Part shown: positions 27,301 through 39,300 of the stretch, one piece after another
Layout of the letters: every line of letters begins with the position of its first letter
Numbering within the stretch: position 1 is the first letter of the stretch
Program-made: the position numbers and the translations under genes
Notes under the pieces: model-generated
The model's database searches: none
Told to the model about the DNA's origin: nothing
The model's input: the letters and a program-made list of their open reading frames with translations, nothing else
Source: Antedon mediterranea
Lineage: Eukaryota > Animalia > Echinodermata
Length of the DNA stretch: 64,000 bases
Reading direction: 5' to 3'
NCBI RefSeq assembly: GCF_964355755.1
Contig: NC_092671.1
Span: 13,888,001-13,952,000, forward strand

Positions 27301-30300
27301 CACAAAATTAAACTTGTTCTAGCAGTTTGAATTTTACTCCATGGTTAACCCATGGAAAGCACATTTTGCATTACGCTAATGCTTTTTTAAATGTGTATTT
27401 TCTAAAAGTAGCTATAAAGACTTAGTACATATTAATACTTTAAAGAGAAGCGACATTTGTATAATTCGCTAGTCTATTAGTCTGACTATTACTGTATTAT
27501 CTTTTATTAATCTATATTAGTTCTGTTCAAGTGTGCCAAAGACAAATTTATTCATTACTTTTTCAATATAGATAATCATCACTTTAGTGAAACTGTATTT
27601 CACACACCTAATACAATGGGACCTACATGTTTTTCCCTTCTGTCTTTTGTGGTGTAAAAGTATCAACTTATTACAAAAAGCAGCACCTTGGTCTGTACAT
27701 TGCCTAGAGTGACACATGATCAAAAACCTTAGCGCTAGAATAGTTGGAGCATGGAGGAACAGGATGGAAGAAGTAGTGAGATGGTGTAGCAGCCTAAAAT
27801 GAGGGACAGTCAGTCACCCTTGGAAGAGGGAAAAAGCTGACTCAAATAAAAGATGATATAACCAAAATTTCAATTTAGCCAGTAAATATAAATTGATTTT
27901 CAGTATTTGTAGTAATTTAAAATAAAAGACATCAAATCAACATAATGAAAATTTGAGGAGATACTTCATACTTAATGAGAAAACTTATCGAGATAATTCT
28001 ATGAATAGAACAGTATGCTCGTAAATGTATTTTTTAAATGTTGTTTTAATCAGGTTTAAGATATAGCATATTGCTATGAACAGAAGGGATTGGTCAATGA
28101 TTTCAAGGAATTGATTATCAACAATTTGTATTTGTAATATTTGTATAGTGGTAATAACCAAAGCGTACAGTAAAACAGATACAGTTAACATCCCCGTTTT
28201 GTACAAGAGTGTCCAGTTTTTGCCTGTAGAAGAGTGTTCAGTTTTGTGCCTGTACAAGAGTGTCCAGTTTTGTGCCTGTACAAGAGTGTCCAGTTTTGTG
28301 CCTTTACAAGAGTGTCCAGTTTTGTGCCAGTCCACAACATTTTTATTATTACAATTTTATTTCCTTGTGGATGCAATATTAATTCAAAATGCAACCAGGT
28401 GTCAAGTTAATTAAACGTCAGAATATCATTACCATTTCAAATTTGTCAACTATTATTTTATTAATATAAAATATAAGCAGCATAATGGTAATGATGAGTT
28501 ATAAATTAAAAAATAAAATGTTTTTTCCTCTCACCTGGCTGTTTCTTTCCATTCTGGTAATTCCCCATCACCCCCCTGGTATAGCTCATCCATCTCTGTA
28601 AACACGTCATGTATTTCATGCTCACCATCCTCACCGTTTTCATCCTCACCTAATATGAAGCGTACTCGTTCTTTCGGTTGCTCAACGTACTCTGTACATG
28701 GTGGCTCTAAGAGAAAATAATTTAAAGTTTGGTAAAACAAACATCATAAAGATTATATTTTTAAATGCGAAAAGAAAGTTTTTGGCTTCATTTAGGGTTA
28801 GTGTTAAAAATGATTGTAACCATAGGAAACAATATTTCGCACTAACAACTAGAATTAGCATAATTTGTATAAAACCAGACATAATACAGTAGACTAGCTT
28901 AAAGCATCTTTCACACCAGCTCCAGTCCGACTCCCGCAATTAAAATTCCTCTTAATTTCTCAACGCAGCTACAGTGTATGTACAGTATGGGCCAATCTTC
29001 CACACACTATGTGCTCCACATCACCCTCTTAAATAATTCAATAAATAAAATCAGTAGTAGAGGCCTACAATATTTATTCTCAAAACATTGCTTTATTTTT
29101 TTTCTTTACATTCTTATTATTTAGGTGATTGATGATGAAGTCTCAATTATATAAAAGTTGATGAATGCTTTGATACTAAATACAGTTGTTTTTATTGCAG
29201 TTGTACTGTACTTAGCATGCATACTAATTACCTATGTACGTCACTGAGAGCTACCTTCATCATATCACATTATATAATTAATAAATTGTATGATTACTAT
29301 GGTAACTAAAGAGATCTTTTATCATAAAATTATCTAGGGTCTGTCCCGTCAAACTACTGTAGACATTTTTAATGAGTTTGTTTTCACAGACAGGAAGTAC
29401 TACTGTATCATTTACAGATTTGAAAAACAGAAAGAAAACTGGTATATTTACAACAACATAATCCTTCATCTCATACTGTATCTATTGACAACAACAATGG
29501 TTAGTAGAAGTACTGTATTATTGTTATAGAAATCAATGGTATTTTAGTACCTGGGATGCTTCAACCAGTATCTTTTAATGTTAGTGTCAGCAGGAGAGGA
29601 TCTTTTGTAACAGAATCCTACAGAAGTGTCATATTAAACCTGAACTTTAGTATTTATTCTGTTGTTGTACATTAGTCCATAATTATGCTTCAATTTAATT
29701 CTGCTTGCGGCAATAAAATTGGACAAAAAAATTTACTGTATACTGCAGTATTGTTCATGCGCATGTACTGTAGACACTGTAGTACTGTAGAGCGTAATGT
29801 GCACAGCCATACAATAAGCAGGGAGTTGTAAAATAAAAGGAGAGAGTACGAAATAACTTCCTTTGAAGGTACTGTATGATCGCCGCCGACTCTATAAAAC
29901 AGTCATTAAATGAATTATCTAAATTGGATTAAAACAGTAAATCATGAAATTCAACCAACTCAAGGCTGGTAGTTGGATATCAAAAGTCACACCGCGTCAC
30001 CAGAAATGACGCGCCTCAGCTAGCTTTTGGCTGCTGCTCCACATGTTGTTGTCGCGGTGTTTTGATGCTTTTCTCGCATGCGTACAATGGCAGTTTACAG
30101 TAGAGATGAGTATTTAGTTGGTTCTGATTTACTGTAAGTGATTTGAGTGATTTCAGCGATTACGAAAATGAAATAGAGACGATCGGCATTAACGATGACA
30201 CCAATACAGTATGTGTGTCTGCAACGAAGTTGGAACAAAAAATATGTTAAATTGCGATGGAAAGTCTTGTTCAACTGGATGGTTTCATTTTATTTTACAA

Positions 30301-33300
30301 CTCCTTGCAATAAGTAAGCAATATTGTAGTAGTGAATGTCATTCATACCTGTACAGTATACAGAACTGTACAACAGAAGGGGAGAATTTGATCAGTCCCA
30401 CAAAAAAAAACTAAACAATAATTGTTAATTAACCTTGAAGTTCATTTTTCAAAAGTACTGTATTAACAACCGAAGACACTGGTCAGACATTATCACTGGT
30501 ATCATAAAATGTCAGACTTTTCTTAATAATTATGCGATTTTTAAAATAAACTTCAGAGTATCGACTGTATTATCTATCATCAATGCTTTACCAATTCATT
30601 GTATGCTGCAGTTTGTATCAACAATACTTTTTGATTATATCAATATTAAATGTTTGTTTTCTGGTAGGTGATTGAATTGAGTTATTTTTACTATCCACTA
30701 AAGATTTTTACGACATTCTAAGAACACAGAAACATTTCGATTCTGAGAGTATGCTATAAAAAAGCATGATATAATAATCGGCCTCAATGTAAGTATATTT
30801 AATTTGAATTCTCACAGGCACATTAAATAAGTATACTGTACATACGAAGTATAAACTAACAAAAAATGGTAAATACTGTAGTAGAAAATCAAAGATTTGA
30901 TGGTAGAAGTTTTCCCAGATAAGGACTTAAAACTAGAGGTCCAGTGTACACAATATCATGTGCAGTTTATAAGAACCCAATTTCCATAAAATGTCCTTAC
31001 GCTTTAACTAGTGATAACAAATACAGATAAGATAATTCCATTTCTAAATTCAAGATAAAAACATATGGAAAGCACTCCATAATTAGAACCTTTATCTAAT
31101 TTCTACTTAATTGTCAGCTGTGATAGACCGCCCACATAATTCACTACCTTTTACTATAAATATGCTTAATCTATTTCCTCTATAATTAGCTAGAAATCAC
31201 AGAGAATAGCAAAGTGCTAGTAGGTTAATGAAGCCTAAGTTCAGAATGGGTTAACATAATTTCCTACCTAACATGGTAAATAGCTCAGTTGGTGTGACGA
31301 ATTTCCTCTGCGAGTACATTTAAATGTATCATGTACATAGGTGTCCTGGGTGAAAGTGGTGGGCAGGGTGCCACTTGGCTGGTTCAACATAGAGTTAAAA
31401 ATTATCATGACGCGATGCCTAATATTATGACTCACCTACTGGTGTTGCCCTCGTTGTTGGTGGAGTTGCTCCTCCAATCTGTATAGATATCCCATTGCCA
31501 TCATCATGGTCAACATCTCCGTTACCTTTCTTCTTCTTACTTCGGTGCTTATGTTTGTGTCTATTTTTAGATTTTAAAGGTATGTGAACGCCAACAAACA
31601 CAGCACGATGTCCTAAAATAACACAATATGGAATACATACAGTATAAATTAAAGAATGTTTTTAATCGAGAAAAAAAAGTGTGTAAACTGACAAATACAG
31701 TAGGGCCCCCCAAGTCTATATAAAAAAGGTGAATTTCGAGTCCTGATGGGTAAGTATTCTCTACAGAACCAAAGTAATCACAAGAGTATTTCTTTCTTCT
31801 TTATAATACTGTACATGTGACCACCAGTCGGTATTGAAAAAGCAGAAACACAAGAAAACACCTACCACACCCCTATTACATGGGAAGGATGGAAGGACAA
31901 TCAAAGGTGATAATTGTCTACAATACACTAAATAACAGTAAATTATTTACTGTTGAAAACTTAAGTTTTGGATTATTTTTTTGAAGAAAATAATTAACAA
32001 ATTCAAATAATTTAAATTGCAACATATAGTACTGAAAACCGCATTTGATAATTAGACACACAGTATACAGTAGGTACAGTATATGTACCTGTATACTACT
32101 GTACATTACTAACTGTTAATCAAATAAAAAAAAAACTTATCTGTACAGTACGGATAATAAAACTCTAGGTACAGTATACAGTACTGATGATATTCAGTTA
32201 GTTCAAATACATCAAGAAACACAAAATGAATATTTTCAGCAAAAATAAACTGCTTTGTCATCTACAGTACACTTAATAGATTGAGAGATTTTCAATGATA
32301 ACGCCTTATTATTAACCTTGTTCAAAAAATATCAGATAATATAAAAATCTATACCACCACCCTTGAAAATGAATAAACATTATGCTTATGACAATTAAGC
32401 TAGTACTCTACAGTAGGTAGTATTTCAGATTATTTATCAATGATAGTCAAACACAATATATCAAAGAGTAAACAGAACAAACATCATGGCTGTGTATTAT
32501 TTTACGGATTTATTTGAATTAATTATTCATTCAACTAGTTTAGCTCAGTTATCAATTTGAATAAAATATTAAACCGGAATTACTTTATGATAACACACAA
32601 AGTTGACAATTGAATTTAAATAAAAGATGCAACCTTAATAACAATAACATACTATTAATGACAAACCTATAGTAACTCAGAGAAATTATTCCATAAACTT
32701 AAATTACAGATTTATTTAAGGAAATGTTTACCATCATTGATTAAAGGCAATATTAATTTGAGATTTTTCAAAAGAAATTTACAAAAGATGTGAACTTTGA
32801 AAATAAAGAAAGTTCTTGTTTTTTTCTAACAGCAAGCAAGTGTACATTTCACCCGAGTCATTCACTTTGAATGCATAATGCTTGATTTCTAGATGACACA
32901 GGGCTGTGAGAGATGGGCTATTGAGATGACACAGGGCTGTGAGAGATGGGCTATTGAGATGACACAGGGCTGTGGGAGATGGGCTATTGAGATGACACAG
33001 GGCTGTGAGAGATGGGCTATTGAGATGACACAGGGCTGTGAGAGATAGGCTATTGAGATGACACAGGGCTGTGAGAGATGGGCTATTGAGATGACACAGG
33101 GCTGTGAGAGATGGGCTATTGAGATGACACAGGGCTGTGAGAGATGGGCTATTGAGATGACACAGGGCTGTGAGAGATGGGCTACTAAAAATAAAATACA
33201 AACCATCTGCAACCGGGTACCCATTTATACACCTGGGTGGAGACAGACCAACATACTCTAAGTATCTTGCCTAAAGGATACAAACAATGCAGCGAGAGTT

Positions 33301-36300
33301 GGTTTCAAACTCACGATCTAATCCAATGTTCAACACACTGCATCAAACGCCCTCACCACACAGCAGAAAAACAGTACAGTGTTACTGTATAAGTAAACAT
33401 TGTCATTAATTAGGTTTATGTAGTTCCACTATCACCAGGATCTCCAAGTTTCAGAACAAAAAATCAAAATTTACCTGCAATTTCGCCTTCCAAGTCACTC
33501 TGAAAATGCCTGGCCTGCTGGTTGCCTTGATCTACTACAGGTCCTGGATCTTCCATATCCTGAAAAAAAAAGGTAATTTACAGTGTTAAACTCTTCATCA
33601 TACAGAGCAGGTGAAATCTAAATGATACTACTGTAAATGTATATCTACAGTATAAAGTTCAACAATACAATACTGTAGCTAATAGAAAATGAGACAAGGA
33701 TATCATTAACATTACAGTGCTGAATTACTTCAGAAATCAATATACAATGACTTCTGAGAACTGAGAGTATAGCAGCCTTTAATACTTGATACTTACAGTA
33801 CTTAAGTTTTCATTGCCCTAACCTTCATCAGCCCTGATCAACTATATACAGTACTATACACTGTACGATAAAACACACTCTAGACAGACTAAATACTTAT
33901 TTGAACAGTTTGCAAGATAACAGTCTACATTACTGTACGTATATTTTTAATTCTGATATCAAGTTGGATGTCCTTTAGATCCGGTTCAAGAATACTTTAT
34001 ATTAGATGATTAAGCACTAACACAGTATTGAACAATTTAAAGGTTATTTAAATAAATCAACTTGAACATACTGTAAGTAGGCCTAACCGTTAAGGTGCAT
34101 AGTACTGTACATTAATACAATGCTTTATTCCTCTGCTGATCAAAGTAATTTTATTCATTAATTTTAATTGCTTTTTAATAAACTGAACTACTGTAAGGTT
34201 ACAGTAGTATACAAATCCAACAAAAGTATTAAGAATACTCTCAAGAACAAAGTACTGTAGTACTGTACATTACATTACATATAAAAAATACAGGATGTCA
34301 TTATCAATATCATCAGGTGATAACAATAGCTTGAAATCCATTTTAAAAAGTTATTTCAACATGTATTTACTGCACAGTATTTCATCATTCTTTTATTTCA
34401 TTTCTTGTGAGTGCTGAATAGTATCAGTACAGGTATGTACCATTGTGCAATACATTAATGTATGTTTTAAGTATAGTTGTGTTGTGTTTATTTATTCATT
34501 ACTTATTTTTCTACTGCTCAATTGGTATTTCAGTATTCTGTATAAATAATAAGTAACTGTATTAGACAGGAAGAAAAAGACAATACTGTGGATTTAATCT
34601 GATTTTGACAATTTAAACATAATTTGTTCATGGAGGAGGATAAACCAAAAAACGTCCAGATTAGCAAATTCTTTTATAAAAGAAACAGTAAACAGAAATT
34701 TCCAAAAAACAAATAAGAAAACAATTCTCTAATCATTACCGACTAACAAAAATCCTCCTTGTGAGTACAGTACAGTACTGTAGTTCAATGTACTGAACTT
34801 TACATAGTTATTCATTCATTTTCATTCATTTATCTTTTTATTTCGGAATATCACGGTGACATAATATTATATCCATAGCAAAAGAGAGAAAAAAAATCTT
34901 AATCTAACAGCTCATAGAACAAAAACAAAGATATGTAAATATATAAAGTCAATGCAACAAAGCATTTCACTGTATGTGCATTCTTGACACATTAAGAACG
35001 TGGCGAGTAATGGCCATGATCAAGAAATTACTACTTGCGTTCACACGATTTTTAAAACTAAAAACAGATTTTCTAATGAACTCATCAAAGGATGGGACGT
35101 CATTTAAGACAAACATCATGCTTGCACTACAATGTCTAGGCTGCTTCAGCAGCAAACGTAAAGCATTACTTTCAGTGATCTCAGAGTGCTCTTACTATGT
35201 CTACTGATCTAAACCATAAGGTTTAACAGTACATGCTGACACAGTAACTCTTAAATAGATAACATTTAGTCTTAGTAGAACATTTTCCAAACTTTCTATT
35301 TAGAGAGTTGGCTCTAATGCAAATAGATCGATATTGACGTTTGATGTCACTTTCATCACTCAGATTATTGTACTGTGCATGCAGATGCAAAATTGTACTG
35401 TATGTACAGTATACAATGAGTCAATATGAAGAATATAATAAACTGTACTATTGAAATGGAATATGAAATGCAGAATTTTTTTTAAATACAACAATTACCT
35501 TTTTCTTGACCATGGTTAAATAAAATGAATAATGTAACAGTTTATTAAAAATCCTTGTGGAGTCTAGAGTACTGTAGTATTTCCAATAGTTACTGTATAA
35601 CCATCAAACACATCAATCTGTCTTCTACAGTACTACAGTACAGTACTGTACACTATTTATCTAGCTACTGTACAGAATGTGTTTACTGATACACCTCAAT
35701 GCACAGTCTGGTTTGCCGATTATTATGAAAAAGGATTTTGGTTTTTAAAGTTGACAACAAAAGAGCAAAAGTATTTTTGGCACTGTCATCTGGATTAACT
35801 AATAGATAAAAACTAAATCTACCTCCAAGCAGCTCTGCAAAGTCATGTATATTTGATGTACTTTTAAGATTAATTGTAAATATGCATTACTGCACATGTA
35901 TTATTTTATGTCAGAATCAAAGATGTCAAAGGATAAAGTATCACAATTATTGACCTTATGAAATTTGTTCTTCCTTGAATTACAACAGGATTGAACAATG
36001 TAAGTTGTGCTTTGTTTCCTAATTCAGGCCATAGGAGTTTATATCCAATTAAGTTTTTAATACTGTAACTTCACAGCTTTATAATACCTTCTTATAGAAC
36101 CTTGGTTTTTATTAATTCTGTATCAATCATAAATATAAAACAGGAAACAATGTGTATTAATGAATAAATAAATTGCACCAGGCAATTAGATTTGGATAGT
36201 TTAAGTTTGTCAATGAGATCCTGCTACAGTGTATCAGTTTTGTATCATTAAACATTCACTTGATTCAAGAGTATTTTGTTGATAGTATTATTGTTATGAA

Positions 36301-39300
36301 ACAGACCTTTCTGGTTCTGCCCTTAAGTTACTAAAATCTGTAAAGCTAGCCTATGTACAGTAGTGTATAGGATAGGCTTAGATAGAGTACCTAACCTTTA
36401 AATTAAGAAACATGTACAGTACATACAGTATGCCTAGGCATACTTATAATACTAGCTACTGTAGTCTAAAATCCAACAGAAAAAGATGATAAGCAAAAAC
36501 ATAGTGTGTAGAGCATGTGGGTGCGCTGCGATAGTTTTTGCCTACAGTACAGTATATGCTTTATACACTTGTTTTTTTTCGATGGATTTTTTAGGCAATC
36601 AAAGCAATACAATGATGTACAGTACTGTAGGTCAATCTTTTGGCTACAACGTCATCTCTGCAAGATGGCTTCTGTAGCATAAAATCATGTATTGTATACA
36701 CTTAGTTAAATGTTCTAGGGATGTTGACAACAATGTAAATTTACGCGATCCGATCTACAGTATTCAGTGCAAAAATGATGCAAAACCCTACTGTGGTAAA
36801 TAAGATTCTTCTTAATTTGACCTTAAATTTTATATCCCATTGTAGAAGAGTTTATTTTTCACAAATATGTTATGTTATTAGGGGTCATACATTTTTAATG
36901 TAAAAAACTGATTAGGATTATTCCGAAATTGAAGACCACTCTCTATGTGTAATAAGAGATGTTGTTTGTTGTTGATGTTCTTGAAAGAAAGAAAAAGAAA
37001 GCATGTTAATAAAATCTAATTGACATTATTTTATATCATAAGCCCCCACCAGACGATACCACCAAGGGTAGATTTATGGAATACAGATCACTCCGGCCGC
37101 GCTTCACTCCGGCCGCGCTTCAATCCGGCCGCAGCTATGGAGCGCCCAATGAGTCTTTTACAACCGAGACACGTTTTTTGTAAAGAATCAAAATAAACAT
37201 TTGTAATCATACAGTATATTTTTTCTCTTTCAGGATCACAACCACATTGCAAGTGTTCTAAATTAGGTCTAATGCTAAAACAAAATAATTTATGTGTTTT
37301 ATCCAATGTAATAGGGTAGTATATTAATTGTAATGTGATTAAATAATGTAATTTATTGCAATGTACCCTATATGTCATATTATTTTTATCATATATAAAT
37401 TAAAATATAAAATCATTGTAAATTGGACTGTACAAAAATGATATATTAATTCTTGATACAATTCCAGGTAACATTAATTAGACGGATATTTGATTATTTG
37501 AAATAAATTTATTAATAATAATATTGTAAATATTGTTATTAACTATAACAAACATCAATAATAATTGATTATTTGAAATAAATTAAAATTAAATGTAAAG
37601 CTATAAAAATAAATGTACATAGAAAGAAATTAAATATTGTTATTCAAGCATTAATTAGACGGGTATTTGATTATTATTTTATTATTGAATTTAATTAAGT
37701 TAAGTTTAGTTTGAAAGAAAAAGCAGTTCCAACTTCTTTGAATGTTATTGTTAATGAAAAAAGTAAAATTGTTGCTAATAAATATTCAACTAGTTCCATT
37801 TAAATTCACCAAGAATTTGTTATAACACTGAACAGTATAGAAAACGTAGATATGGGCGCTCCATACTAACGGCCCCTTTGCACAGGAAGTTGAATTGAAT
37901 ATATAGCGGCCGGAGTGCATAACATCGCGCTAAACTGATACGGCGGCCGGAGTGATCGGCTACCGATTTATGTAGGTAGATAGAATGACTGGTTGTTATT
38001 AGTTATAAAATATATAAATAAATCAATGCTTAACACTATAAAAAACAAGTATGAATTTGAAATGAACTCCCTAACGTCATCATATACAAATTATCCTAGG
38101 CCTATTCTGCGTCTTTTGTTTCACGAGGAAGTTTACCTTGCTTTCATCCGACGCTGGAGAGAGCGAACAGCAAGTCGTGAATTCTTGGTCTCATCTTCAG
38201 ACATTTACCAATTCGCTAGGCCTAGCTAAATCTGCCAAATTACCTGTCAATTAATTCTTTTTTATAAAAATAAACAACAGTTAATTAAAGCTATATTTCT
38301 GACAAAATAACCATCGTAACATTTATTATAATTAGCTTAGTCTCATACCTCTATTTTATTATGTATTATTCACCTCATCAAAAATGATTGTTTTGGACCT
38401 CCGTGATATCATCAGCGCACACACACACACAATTCGAGAAACTCGAGCACGTTAAAACACACTTCGCTAGCTCACAACAGTTATTGCGGAATCGTCCATT
38501 ATATACAAACAAAATACAGTTTTGTACTGCGTCTATTCAATTTAAATGTTCACAATAAAAACAAGACATCAATTATTATAGTTTTACGATATCTATTTTA
38601 TTCAAGATATGTTATTGAGTAATGAAAACACAGGTCAATTCGTAAACAAGGTATTGTGTTACGCTTACCCCCAATCTAAAATTGGATTATCCCACAGTTT
38701 GTGTTGTGAATTTTTTTACACAGTATCAGAACAGCTGATTGGTGTACAATGGTTTTTTTCCGTGTGTCCTTTTGTGGCTTTTCTTAACCGGGTAGTACAT
38801 TGTTCTATCTTTTATCCTTTTGTTCTTCTACTTCCACAATAACAAGGATAATAATATTAAGAAATTATTCCTTACTCTCATTTCTTACCAAATGTATTGA
38901 CAACATCATGTATCATGTCTGATTTAGGAGGGGGCGTAATTCTCTACCTCAAAACATTATGATACATTTTTATGACGTACGGTGTGTGTTAGTATTAATA
39001 CATTTACAGATCAATTAAGACAACGTATGGCACAATGGGTCATCATACACCCACGGAATTCAGAAACGTCCATTGGTCAAAAAAGTTTCATGCTTACAAA
39101 ACCGCCATATGCCAAATGATGATCATGATCATGACGTTAGGCTAAAGGCTACATGACGATGTTGAAAATGATAGGACTTCAGATATCAACAATGATGACA
39201 TGCTCCCAACTTTGATTATAAATTGTAACAACAAAGACATGAATAATATAATAATGATCGGCATATAAATATTGATCTATGAGTGGATGTATGCTGTCTG

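Noticed and set aside
27985-28414. ORFs with HKTGHS/NWTLLY repeats
   Set aside because: Translation of the 26-bp minisatellite.
29551-29617. AG/GT-bounded candidate SLC4 exon
   Set aside because: 67 nt; inclusion would shift the frame between phase-1 junctions.
31265-31420. GC-elevated intronic block as an extra SLC4 exon
   Set aside because: Read-through hits a stop, and the phase-1 frame from the nearby acceptor also stops, with an implausibly short intron.
32779-33261. Three overlapping repetitive ORFs and a CRISPR-like 33-bp periodicity
   Set aside because: Head-to-tail minisatellite with no unique spacers; unit length divisible by 3 explains the open frames; eukaryotic intron, no cas genes.
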